A stretch of 64,000 nt of DNA. It comes from Massalongia carnosa. Lineage: Eukaryota. Both the position numbers and the translations under genes were made by a program. The stretch spans positions 806,001 through 870,000 of the forward strand of contig OZ287076.1 in NCBI GenBank assembly GCA_965645245.1. Direction: 5' to 3'. Below, one piece after another: positions 1 through 11,083 of the stretch. Under the pieces are notes generated by a model. The model did not search any database and was not told the origin of the DNA. It saw nothing but the letters and a program-made list of their open reading frames with translations. Numbering within the stretch: the stretch's first letter is position 1; each line of letters begins with the position of its first letter.

Positions 1-141
1 ATTCTTTCCATCTCTCGTCTTTTCCTATGAACGGAAGCTTTTGCGATATAGACACGTTAGCAAACGTTTGGCCTAATTTTGGATGACCGGGGGAATTCCC
101 GCTTTTACTTAAATATGTTGCGAGATTCGCTACCTGTATAG

Positions 142-282
142 AAGCATGCATACCCCGGGGGTTCGTTGGCAACAGGGATGGAAATGGTCGGAATGGTAAA
201 AAGAAGGTGGAACACTCAACCGGCACAAGAGCGCCTCTCTGGCCCTGTTGGTTTCTTCGCAAAACAAAACGGATGGGGATAA
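142..282 (+). CDS. Possible terminal exon of a gene entering from the left edge (KHAYPGGSLATGMEMVGMVKRRWNTQPAQERLSGPVGFFAKQNGWG*), product uncertain
   Basis: 47 open codons after a TAG acceptor at 139-141, ending TAA at 280-282, with protein-like composition. Upstream exons are not visible. Confidence 0.3.
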   Translation, partial: KHAYPGGSLATGMEMVGMVKRRWNTQPAQERLSGPVGFFAKQNGWG

Positions 283-1017
283 CGAGGTCGTGTGAAGATA
301 GCGCTGTGTGATTATTATTCTTCGTGTAATCAGAGCATTATGGGACGGGTGATTCGTATTCATAGAGCCCATTTTCCCCCCACAAAAACAACGAATTTTG
401 CTGTACATGTATCTAGCCTGATTAAGTCTTGACCTATATTATGCTTGTGACAGTAACTGAGGCGAAGAGGAAGGGTGGAAAAGCGGGCGGTCGGTCGGTC
501 GGTTGGTTCTGTTGATTGATTTGTTTATTATTTTACGCCGATTTCAATGGTTTGATTTCTTGCATTTCCCCCTTTCCTGATCGTGGGGGAAACTAAAGAA
601 AGAGGGAATAGGAAAGGGGGAAGGAACAGAGAGAGAAGGTGACTACATATTACATATAGATACATAACTACATGCATACATACGTACATACACACATACA
701 AAACAGACAGCTACCACTGATACAGAGTAGATCGATCGATACGTCCTCACTACTTGCTTTTTTTGGTCCTTTTTGTCCTTTTTGTCCATCCATGCATCCA
801 TCACCTCCTCCTGATGTAGATATGTAGCTTCCAACCACCCCATTCGCTCTCTCTACCCCTACCAAAAAACCAATTCCTCTTCCCCTCAACTGCACGCATC
901 CCGAAACCTTCCCCCCCCCCTTCCCAAACCATTGGGACTTCCTTAAAAGTTCAGAGCGAAACACGGACGTAAAAACCCGGGCCTTCTGGGGCTGAACGAA
1001 AGGAGGGGGTAAAAGGA

Positions 1018-2257
1018 TTACGAATCCCTCTTCTTTCTCCCATCTTTCCAATCCGACATGTGCGCCTTGATGATGCTCGCCGCCTTCTCCGCCGAATGCT
1101 GGCGCCCAATCGCCTCGACGAAATCGCCTTCGGGATCTAAGCCAGTTTCATGGGAGTTTAGCAAATCCAATCCTGCCTTTTTCCTTGCCCCCCCAAAAAT
1201 TAAAACAAATAAAAACACGAAGAGAACGTACCCATTAAGTAGAAATAGATGCTGTGATCCACCAAGTAGTCCATTCCTGGCTGGGCTCCCTCGGGTGTGC
1301 TGAAATATACCCGATAGGCTTTGCACACTTGCTTGATCTGCGCCCAGGAGCCCGTGAGACCGACGATGGCGGGGTGGAACTCGGAGAGATAAGATTTTAG
1401 GACCGGGGGGGTGTCGCGGGCTGGGTCGCAGGTTATGAAGAGGGGGAGGAGGGAGGGGCGGGAGGTTGGGGTGTTAGTGCTGGTTGAGGATGGAGATGGG
1501 GGGAGGACAGATAAGGAGGGAGGGGAGACGAGATCGATCATGGTGGACAATTTGTCGAGTTCTTCAGGGCAGATGTCGGGGCAGTGCGTGAAGCCGAAAT
1601 AGACCTGGAAGGAAGCAGGCGGGTTAGCATTGCTTTCCAGCTGAAATGGAAACTCCTCCCCTCCCACCCCGAGAAAAAAACAAACAAACAAGAAACCAAA
1701 AACACCTACCAACGAAAACCCCCCCCTCATGTCCTCGTCCCCAAACGCCCTTCCCTCATGATCCACCAGCTCGAACTTCCCGCCCACCTTCGGCCTCCCC
1801 ACCCCCTTCGCCGCCTCCGCCACGCGCTTCCGCTCCATGCGCGCCTTCTCGTACCGGAAGTAGAAGATCATCCCCGCACCTGCCGTCATGAACAGGAGCG
1901 CTGCGCCGATGGTGAATGGCTGTGTTTTGGGAAAGAGGGATTTTGGTGAGTGTTAGCTGGGTTTTGCGCTGGGTTGATTTTTGGAGGGGGGGGGGGAGGC
2001 GAAGACAGGTCTGAAATTAGGGAAAGAGAAAAGCTTACACCTGAACGAGTGCGCGAGCGGGCTTCCTCAATTGTTTTGTAGGGTCGCCGGGGGGTGGTGG
2101 TAAAAGCACGAGGGAGGGAGGGTTTGCGGGCTCGGCATATGCGTGAGGAGGGGAAAACATGGCGAAGGGAGGAAGGCGGAAGGGGGGAAACACAAAGGGG
2201 AAGGCGAATGATGGATTTGAAAAGGGAGGAGACGGGGCGGGGGTAGGGGAACGACAT
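1018..2257 (-). CDS. SCO1: Mitochondrial copper chaperone Sco1/Sco2 (cytochrome c oxidase assembly), 4 exons, ~306 aa
   Basis: Exons 2257-2039, 1919-1710, 1604-1232 and 1136-1018 splice in frame (921 nt). N-terminal Arg/Ser-rich presequence, one TM segment, VYFGFTHCPDICPEELDK (CxxxC), FITCDPARD, YLVDHSIYFYLMDPEG. Confidence 0.96.
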
Positions 2258-2755
2258 GGACGAGGGGCATAAAAGAAAAAGATTTTTGGTAACAGGAATA
2301 TCTTTTCGGTTGAGGCTAGCGTAGGGTAGGTAAATAGCTTAATTACTTCCAGATGAAGAGACATCAGCTTCAATCAATGTTTGAGCGTTTGATGACAAGG
2401 GTTTACAACAAGCAGCAGATTATCATCTCAGCGGTTAGGTCTTTTGAAAATGATTGATCGACCTCTATGTATGTACTTTTTAACGAACCATCATTTCCTC
2501 CGTAAGCTCTCAAGTGTGGCTTCCAAACCAGGAGGCTCTTCATAAAGATCCCGAAACCATGACCTAACGAAGAACAGCTCCAGAGCAGTTCTAAACGATG
2601 CTGACGCGCCGGGAAGAATATCCTTAACCCCCCCTTTTTTTGTTGCAGCAACTCACGCAGAGATATCCGGCTAAACACCATCGCTTGCCAGTATGATGCT
2701 GAAAACTCAATCTGTTCACATTCACCTCCAGCTGTCCCAAACCGTCCTTTCCAGC

Positions 2756-5548
2756 TCAACGAAGCCCTCTACTGGTTTGACTAGCCCTGCTTGGGCTGGT
2801 TCGACTCCTTTCATCCTCCTCTAGCACATCGCTAAGTCTTGTAGGATGGTGGTGGCGAGGAATCGCTTCCCAACCGAGCCCGCTCCCATAGTCACTCCCG
2901 CTGTAGTCTACAGCTATGGTCTGGCCTCCTGGGCTAGCTGCGGTGGTGTAAGTAACCTGCGGCCGTCCACCTGCTGGACTAGGACGACCCGGGGATGAAC
3001 TAGTCGGACCTGCGCCATACTCCACGCCACGAATCCCGGTGCCATAACGCTGTCGATACATGTGCTCACGCTCCTGCTGATCTTGCACGTCGTATTCGTC
3101 GCTATCTTCCGAACCAAGCCCGCCTCGGGATGGAACTGGCCTGCCTTGGGCGTCACGTCGGACTTCACCGTTCTCGTTAAGCTCATACTCCTCTTCACTC
3201 AAAGTGTCCACGGATTGCACGTATGAGCGCTCGTCGGGTTCGGTGGTACGAGGCTGGCGCGCATCTTCATGGAGAGTGGGGCCTGAATGCTGGTAAAATG
3301 ACGAGGTGGCAGGTTGGCTTGGCGGAGTCCCGGGACCATAGCGGAGATAGGTACCACCTGTTGTAGCCGAGGTTGATGTAGTGTCGCTCTGCAGAGACTT
3401 TGGTTGTTGAGCCGAAGACAAGGCAGGTTCCCCAACCGCCTGAACAGCGGTAGCAGCAGTATTGGACGTCTGCTGGCGAGGCTGAGAAGCAGTGGCAGGA
3501 AGGGAGGGGAAATTCTGCTGATAGACAGGTTGCGAGGGATTGCCGCGGCCGCTTTCGGTAAAAGGATCAGTGTCTGTTTCCGACCTCGCAGGATCGTATG
3601 CAGTAAAACCACGTTCGTCTTCCACCGGACTCTCTCCCGCCCCTTGCGTTGATTGTACGGAAGAAAGGTTGGTGGGACCTTGTGCATAAGGCCCCTCTCG
3701 AGTAGAGGGACGGTTCGAGCTTCCTTGTCGGCTGGGAGCACCCTGCAACATGGGGACAACCTGCACCCCTCCAACAAGAGTAGGCTCCCCGTTTCTCAAT
3801 GAGGTTGTGCGGTCTCGCTCCTCTTGCACCCTTCGTCCGAGCTCCTCCCATGCTCTTCGCGCTTCTTCTTTAGAAATCTGTAGTTCACGTCTCATTTCTT
3901 TGACCATTTGCTCCGCGGTGCTTTTCATTTGATACGCCGTATTCTTCTCTGTCTCTAGCCGCGCAACGTCCGCAATAGCATCCGCACGAGCTTGTCGTTC
4001 CATGCGAAGCGTGTTCTCGAGGCCGCCATGCACTTCCTGGGCACGTTCCTGCTCCGCTCTTGTCTCAAAGAACCAGCGCTGAAACTTGCGTTCGGAGGAG
4101 GCTCGGAGGCGCTGAAGCTCGACGACCGCATGGAAGAGATTGGCTCCGGCGGCGGAAAGATCCGTTACTTGGCGAGCCATTTGTTGGTTCAGAGGTTCTC
4201 GATTCATTTCGTTGCTGTTCTCTTGAAGTCGTCGAATCCAATACGACGTAAGTCCCTCCCAATGTGAGGAGAGTGTTTCCCATCTCTCAAATGCATGAGG
4301 AAATGAGGATGTATTGCGAGGTTGCGCTCCTTCTGCTGGTTCTCGGGATGCCTGAGGCCTTTGTCCTGAAGCCGAGGCGGAAGGTTCCGCCTGTGCTTGA
4401 GAATTTACGGCAGCTGAAGAAGTTTGCCTCGTTTGCGAGGGCTGCAGTTGGGTGCTAAACGGCGCGGAGGCCGCTCGAGACGATTGCCGCTGCTGCACAG
4501 GTCTGGGCTGGCCTTGGGAGACGCTACTGACCCGAGGTCGTGGCACCGCCGCCTGCGGCATCGCGCTTGTGTCTGTCGCGGTTCGGGATGTTGTTGGAAT
4601 GTATACAGATGGTTGAGCAGCTGCAGACGCATTGACTTTCACGCTGCCGCCACTTTCTCGTTCTCCCGACCTTCTGTCAGTTCCGGGAGCGATGGGGCCA
4701 TCACCACCCGAGATCCTTACGGATGCGTCTCCAGATCTCCGATTACTCGTGCGATCTTTAGTATTACCGCCGCCAGGCGCAACGATAGCAGCAGTCCTAC
4801 GGTCTGCGTTCATGGATTCCTCCTGCGCCCGTCGCTTTTCTTCCTCTTCCCTCTCCCTTTCCGCTTTTTTCTTAGCCTCCCGATCACGCCGCTGTCTCAT
4901 GATATCTGTCGGTGTCCGAACACCACCGCTAGGATACTGAGGTACTGGCCCGCCTCCCGATGCAACCCGTGAGCCACCATTCTGTACGCGCCCGTTTGTG
5001 ACCGGTGCTGGTATCGGTCCTCCACCCGCCAGGTCGGACATTGAAGCGTTTTCCTCAACTAGGTCGGGGGTAAAAAGGAATGGCGTCCTTATCGCTTCCT
5101 CGAGGGCGTAGAGGATTGCAGATGCGGTGCGACGTGAAATATGTGTACTCCTACGAGGCCAGAACGAGGGCGTTCGAGAACTCTGCCTAGTAGGGCGAGG
5201 AGTGGTTGAGTTGTCGCCTTCCTCGCTAGGTGGTTCAGTAGACTGGACAGCAGGCTCAACAGCTTGTTCGGTTGGGCTTCGGGGTGCGGTGGTGATAACA
5301 GGGGCTTGACTGGGAGCTCGCTGCTCAAACTTTGGAGTTCGCCGTAGCGTACGGACACTGCCAGACGAGCTTGAGGGTCGCGATTGCTGAAGTAGGAACG
5401 GTTGAGATAACGCCTGCCGACGCTGCTGACGCTGCGATATAACTTGTGGGCTCCTTACGTAGATATCGTATTGCTCGTCACCCAGGCGTGGAATGTATTG
5501 AGACAGGATAGGCAGTCTGGCGGAGGCTGCTGAAGAGGATGAATACAA
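2756..5548 (-). CDS. Large, mostly disordered protein with a central coiled-coil; conserved hypothetical filamentous-fungal protein. First in-frame ATG is at 5041, but the frame is open to a TTG at 5548
   Basis: 930-codon single-exon ORF. S/P/Q/G/R-rich flanks around an ordered block (SSFPHAFERWETLSSHWEGLTSYWIRRL...LFHAVVELQRLRASSERKFQRWFFE...EEARRAWEELGRR) and a C-terminal motif RHHHPTRLSDVLEEDERS. Confidence 0.85.
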   Translation of the reverse strand: MYSSSSAASARLPILSQYIPRLGDEQYDIYVRSPQVISQRQQRRQALSQPFLLQQSRPSSSSGSVRTLRRTPKFEQRAPSQAPVITTAPRSPTEQAVEPAVQSTEPPSEEGDNSTTPRPTRQSSRTPSFWPRRSTHISRRTASAILYALEEAIRTPFLFTPDLVEENASMSDLAGGGPIPAPVTNGRVQNGGSRVASGGGPVPQYPSGGVRTPTDIMRQRRDREAKKKAEREREEEEKRRAQEESMNADRRTAAIVAPGGGNTKDRTSNRRSGDASVRISGGDGPIAPGTDRRSGERESGGSVKVNASAAAQPSVYIPTTSRTATDTSAMPQAAVPRPRVSSVSQGQPRPVQQRQSSRAASAPFSTQLQPSQTRQTSSAAVNSQAQAEPSASASGQRPQASREPAEGAQPRNTSSFPHAFERWETLSSHWEGLTSYWIRRLQENSNEMNREPLNQQMARQVTDLSAAGANLFHAVVELQRLRASSERKFQRWFFETRAEQERAQEVHGGLENTLRMERQARADAIADVARLETEKNTAYQMKSTAEQMVKEMRRELQISKEEARRAWEELGRRVQEERDRTTSLRNGEPTLVGGVQVVPMLQGAPSRQGSSNRPSTREGPYAQGPTNLSSVQSTQGAGESPVEDERGFTAYDPARSETDTDPFTESGRGNPSQPVYQQNFPSLPATASQPRQQTSNTAATAVQAVGEPALSSAQQPKSLQSDTTSTSATTGGTYLRYGPGTPPSQPATSSFYQHSGPTLHEDARQPRTTEPDERSYVQSVDTLSEEEYELNENGEVRRDAQGRPVPSRGGLGSEDSDEYDVQDQQEREHMYRQRYGTGIRGVEYGAGPTSSSPGRPSPAGGRPQVTYTTAASPGGQTIAVDYSGSDYGSGLGWEAIPRHHHPTRLSDVLEEDERSRTSPSRASQTSRGLR

Positions 5549-7872
5549 CTTGAGTGGTTACCCGCCAGATGGTTTGCTACCGTCAATGTTGATACAGAAT
5601 GCGGACTCGCTAAGGAGGCGATTTCCTTGTGAGGGAATACGGTGCGTGGTCGCAGCGAGGAGCTTGCACACAATGGCTGGGAATGGGGAGCTGTGCACAC
5701 ACAATGTATGAACATTGCAGTCGAAACGGAGCGTTGAACTATAGCAATTGAAGTGGTTGGTAAAGGCACGGTGGCTGGATTGTGATGATCGAAAATCGAT
5801 GGCTGGGAACACACCGTTGCACAATCCTATCCTATGAACAAACCAGCAGGCCAAGAAGCATTACAGAGTACCACCAATACCGTCGTGACGCTGGTATGTC
5901 CTTGGTCAATTTAGCTCGTCGTGTAGAAGAGCAATTGCAAGGCCTGCTGGTTTTTACTCTATGTAGACGCTCTCCTGTTTTATCGCCCAATCCACCTTCC
6001 GGCACAACTCTTCCCTACCGATAGATGATGGAACGGTGCACAGCTCCTGTGCGTACGCTTCAGGTCTGAAGAATCCTTCCCGTCCTCGTCAATCATCATC
6101 CAGGTAACGGTGCTGCCCCAATGGCAATGGAATCACGACAGAGAGGTGGTCAGGATTGACATTATTCTCACGCGGAATTGAGAGCTTTGCGGAGATGGAA
6201 TGTTGAGTGGAGAAAGTGCAAGACTAAGATTTCGAGAGCGATTGAGACAGTGGGAGGAGTGGGAGGATGAGAGGAATGGTGTAACGAGTGTAGCGGAACG
6301 GTAAGCTGACGATGCCATCTCGACCGACAGCCAGACATGGGCCCGTCTTCGAAACGATTTGTCTGGGCCAGATCGAGAAATGCGTGGCTGGGACTTTCAA
6401 TGCGCTGGCATGGGCGGGACATTGTCACGCTAAGTCGTGTGGGGCTAAGCGGCGGAATCTCAATCGTCCTCTGAAATCCCGTGACGCAACACTTCATTTT
6501 CTTTGTGTACCTGAATACTCCGTACCTAACTACTCCGTCCCTCTACTCCGTACACAGACGACTTTACCTCCATCTCTTGGTCATTCTTTTTTCTTGTTGA
6601 CAGAAATCCTCGACAAGAATGCAGATCTGTCACGGTTATCATTCATGGATCCTGCATGTATTGAGTAACATGATGTCATTCGTGAAACGATCCTCCACAA
6701 CTGGATTAGGCTTATAATCTGCTAAAAGCATCACATCGCAGCTTCACTCACGGTTTTTGCTTTTGCGTTTTGCGTTTTCCTTTTTTTTCCCGGCTCTTTT
6801 CTCTGTCACGTCTGAATTGGAGTTGTAAAACAAGGGATGGATCACTCGGACCGTCCACGATACCTTTACAAAGTCCAACGTTTCATGTGTAACCTGTAAA
6901 TCTCTCCAGAATGCTGCTGCGAAGGCCCTCTCCGTCGCAGGTATGCATTCATTTAAGACATGGCCCCTTTTCGCAGATTTCATGTACAGAATACATAATT
7001 GAGTTGTAGAGTTCAAGGGTGCCCGCAAATAGACGCAGCTGTTGGCTGACGAGCCGATGAGATCGCTTGAACTCGGTTTTGTCTTGTTGCCTGCCTTCAC
7101 TGACGCGTGAGATCTGAAAGCATTAATACACCGCTGAACAGTACCTAGCTATGGTCACATACCGAAAGAAGATAGTCAGCCAGTAAGCTTCTGTATGTCG
7201 GTATTGCTCGCAAATCTAAGAAGTCGAGTTAAGCACAAAATTACTCTGCGTGATGCATGTCAAGTCCATATATATTTCAAGTGCAGCGCCTTTGTTTGTA
7301 CACTTGGATATTCTATGAATGCTGAGGCTACTCTACTCCATGGCTAGGGATCTACGTTGTACGTTTGATCAAAAAACAGCAGAAATTTTGCGAATGAATC
7401 CTCTTTACTTGACAGTTTTTATGCTTATTTCTATAATTCGGGTTTTTGACGCCTAGACCAAATTCTTTGCCAGCCACGAGCCACATGTTAGATTTTGAGT
7501 GCGTTGCGATGCGCGTTGGATGAGAGGCTGCATCGCTGTCTTAAACGCCCCTTGCTCTACCAGATGAGACTTCGGATTGGACCCTATTGGTAGATCTCAC
7601 AACCATCTCCACTTTTATTGGCTCTCGAACGTCTTTTCAAGACGTCTCGATAGCCTTTTTGCGGGGAAGATTGGAATGTACTTGGACGGGATGGGAGGTT
7701 TAGACATAATATTTACTTTTAAGGGAGAACCGCCATAAGTAGTCTGACTCCCGCTGACCTTACTTTGAAGGCTCGTTCTCAGAGCTCTCATTCTCCTATA
7801 TAGTCATATTTACAACAGCCGCACGTTTCAAAACCCAACAAGTAATAAACATCCTATGACGCTACAGCATCT

Positions 7873-8718
7873 ATGACGCGATATTGGACCCAGCCCAGCC
7901 AGGCCGGGCTCTCCTGTCCACCTTCTTCGCCTAGAAACGGGACGCAGACTGACCTCGGAGATGTCGAGCCTTCCTTGTCCCTTCACAACGATATGATGTA
8001 CCTTAGAGCTCAACTCGGAAACATCTCATCTTTGAGCTCTGTTGATCACTCCTCTGGATCACGATCTCCACAGGTTTTGCACGCCCCCCTTTTTGTTCCC
8101 GGTCGGTCCTCATGTCATAATTGCGAGTCAACGAACCCTTGTCCCAGGCATGCCTCGCTCAACGATGACGACGATGCAACGGTATGTGATGCGTCCAGTC
8201 CTGTATCATCCAGATATAGCCAAACGGAAACCATCCTCGAGATCCCCACCACGTATCACGATAGACTAGAGAAATGGGACCTCGAAAATCCTCGAACCTC
8301 GGGCAGATCATACCAGGAATTATGGCCTTCGTCTTCCACGTCCCTCGCGAATACCTTACCACCTACACTACCTTCGGAAAATGACATGGCTTTCCCGGCC
8401 TATCCATTTTCTCGAAAGAAGCGAGCCCGTGGTCCGCAGCCCTCAGCTGCCATGGCTCAAATCTCGCCTCCGGTCTTCAGTCCATCTATAGCTAATGCCA
8501 TAAATCGTCTTCCTATCTCAAGACCAGGAGCGGAAGTAATCCAACCATGGTCCGGGATTGCGCCTTGTTGCCCGCACCGCAAAGTTCCTACACCCAATAA
8601 AGAAATGGAAATATCCAGGTTCGATGCAGATAGTGATGACGGGGAGCAAAGAGCATTTTTAAGGTTCCGTCGTAGAGTGTCAAATGGTTTCCAACACCTT
8701 TTGTGTCGGAGTGGATAA
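7873..8718 (+). CDS. Hypothetical protein, 281 aa, S/P-rich, with a small CxxC-x4-CxxH motif
   Basis: Single ATG-initiated ORF preceded by TATA-like tatata near 7797. No recognisable family. Confidence 0.55.
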   Translation: MTRYWTQPSQAGLSCPPSSPRNGTQTDLGDVEPSLSLHNDMMYLRAQLGNISSLSSVDHSSGSRSPQVLHAPLFVPGRSSCHNCESTNPCPRHASLNDDDDATVCDASSPVSSRYSQTETILEIPTTYHDRLEKWDLENPRTSGRSYQELWPSSSTSLANTLPPTLPSENDMAFPAYPFSRKKRARGPQPSAAMAQISPPVFSPSIANAINRLPISRPGAEVIQPWSGIAPCCPHRKVPTPNKEMEISRFDADSDDGEQRAFLRFRRRVSNGFQHLLCRSG

Positions 8719-9179
8719 TGGAAAGCTCCGTAGAAGGGACTTGGCCATATTGCACGCAATACAAAATTTCTGACGATCAAAAATAATTTCGGATTTTATC
8801 AACGGTTGGATATGAATTTATGACTATACCGATGTTTCGGTGGGCTGCCCGAGCATCGTATTCGGAGAGTGTTGCTCTGTTGTTCTGATTGTTTTAGTAC
8901 GAGTTTCTTCAACCCTGGTTTATGGTTGCTGTAGGCACGTATCAAGCTGGAGCTTGGCCCACTGCGGGAGCTCTGCGTCTCTGCGACCGCGAGTTGTTCA
9001 AACGTCAGCCTTGGGATCGTGCTTCACTCGGTGCCCGTACGTCGGCTTTGTATTTCACCTGTTCGTGGCATGTTAAGCGGAGAGCTCCATGTGCATTCGG
9101 GGTCCAATGGGCGCTTCCCCTGGTCCAGATTTGAAATCTCTTGAATTCGTCCCTGTGTTAGAGCAGTCCGAGTTCGGGC

Positions 9180-9908
9180 CTAGACCTCTTCGCTCCTAAC
9201 CCGTCCATTTTCCCATTCCTCCCCCTCAAAATTTCCCCCGTGAACACCCCACCGATTCAGCTCTTCCCCAACCCTCCCGGACCATAGTTCCAGCAGCGGA
9301 TGCTTATCCGCTACTTCCACAAACGTCAAATCCCCTCTGTATTTGCCCTCAGGACCGTCCTCGAGCCCCTCGACCGCAAACCTCCATGTCCCATCCTCCG
9401 CCCACCATTCCTTCCCAAACACATTCTCCATCGCCAATTCACGCCTCGCACTCACCAGCAATTCTTCCAATCTCGTCCTCTCTATCGTCCAGCTCCGACT
9501 CTGCATCTCCTCATCTTCCTCCTCCTCCCCATTCCCATCCCCATCCCTATCCTTATCCCTATCCCCATTCCTATCCCCACCTCCAACAATCACTGGCTTC
9601 CCTCTAAGCGCAGCACACAGCCCCTCCAGTGCGCCAAGCAAATACCCGACCCGCAACCCCAGCACGGCGCCAAGCGCGTACCCCTCATCGAACCCTGGCT
9701 GCAGGGACTCAGTCTTAGAGGCGGATATGCCGGTGCGGTAGCCAGCCGTCGAGTGCGTGGCGCGCAGGCGTGGGATATCAGACGGGTGCGGTTGTTGTTT
9801 CGTGGGGGTGGTGGGCGGGGAGTCGGGGAAGATATCGGAGAGGGGGTGCAGGCGGGGAGGGGGCGATGTGCTGGGCTGCGGGGCAGGGAGGGGGGGATGA
9901 GTGGACAT
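9180..9908 (-). CDS. YAE1: Yae1 (cytosolic Fe-S assembly adaptor of the Yae1-Lto1 complex)
   Basis: ATG at 9908 (MSTHPPLP). Deca-GX3 motif region RLRATHSTAGYRTGISASKTESLQPGFDEGYALGAVLGLRVGYLLGALEGL and a typical fungal C-terminus (VFGKEWWAEDGTWRFAV...HPLLELWS). Confidence 0.9.
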   Translation of the reverse strand: MSTHPPLPAPQPSTSPPPRLHPLSDIFPDSPPTTPTKQQPHPSDIPRLRATHSTAGYRTGISASKTESLQPGFDEGYALGAVLGLRVGYLLGALEGLCAALRGKPVIVGGGDRNGDRDKDRDGDGNGEEEEDEEMQSRSWTIERTRLEELLVSARRELAMENVFGKEWWAEDGTWRFAVEGLEDGPEGKYRGDLTFVEVADKHPLLELWSGRVGEELNRWGVHGGNFEGEEWENGRVRSEEV

Positions 9909-11083
9909 TTGGAATCTGGAATGACTTTGGAATGTGGGGTTTGGAGGTGAGTTGGAGATGGTTGGATGTTGGTTGATTGGTTGGTTGGTTGATTGGTGGT
10001 AGGGTACAGAGTACAGAGTATACAAAGGGGGGTTTTGGGTTTCGAATGGTTTTTGGGGAGCGGGGTTTGAAAAGAGCGGGTTATGGTAGTGATCGGATTA
10101 GGTTAGAACAAAAACCTATAACACGGACGAGCCGACTGAAAGGTACCTAGTACTGTGTACATTCCGGCACGACCGGTAAACGGCGAGTTAGATTCTTGAC
10201 TTTCATGTTAGCTCTATGCGAGGACACTAGAGAAATCACATCCCTCATACCTACTTCGTACTTCGCCATGACATCTCACCCGGTTCCTTTCAAATTACCA
10301 TCCCACGGGTAATGCAGATCTCATAACATGATTTGTTCGGCGCAATGCAACGCAGGCGGCGCTCTTAATTGTCCATCTTATTCGATGTTCAGCATGACTC
10401 GAGTATTCCTTTCTTCTTCTGCCCCTCATCTCCTTCACCACTCAAGGCGTTGTACGTAAAGGTGCAACGCATTTTGCAAAGCAAGACATGGACCTCGCTG
10501 CATACTCTGACCTTGCTCGCTTCTTGTTCTGTGGCTATTTGTGTCTGGGTTCTTCTCCTCATCAAGCTTCACATGCAAACCCCGCGCTCTTTCTTCAATC
10601 AAATAGAAGCGGGAGCAACAAAAAGTCAATTATTTAAGCAAGACGCATATATTCAAGAAATTTGCTGTTGGCCCCGCTTTCTCTCGTTGGGTTCGCATCG
10701 TCATGCTTTTCGCGCCCAAGGATTGTGATAGCATTGCTATTGGGTAGGGTTTTTTAACGGCTTTTCCTTTCAGCATATGTCTTATTGATGTGGTTTCACG
10801 ACATGGGGCTTATGGCGATTTTGATCATACGGCATTCGAAATGCAGGATGCATTGAATCATCACACCACAATGCCTATCGGCTCAAGGTGCTCTGTAAAC
10901 ATTTTTTCTATAAGTTGACCCATCTTGCCTTTCCTTAGAAGAAATCCGAGAACCCTACATTCCAACTTTGATCTCAGGTCTTGTTGATCCCGTCATTGCC
11001 AAACCTCCCCACCCGAGGTTCCTCAAAGCTATTCGCCTTGTGTAGCCTAACCTGATTTATCAGGATCAACAAGCTTAAAAACC

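Noticed and set aside
9300..9950. Plus-strand 216-aa ORF with an IPIPIP repeat
   Set aside because: Antisense to YAE1; the repeat is the complement of the Asp-rich hexamer tract.
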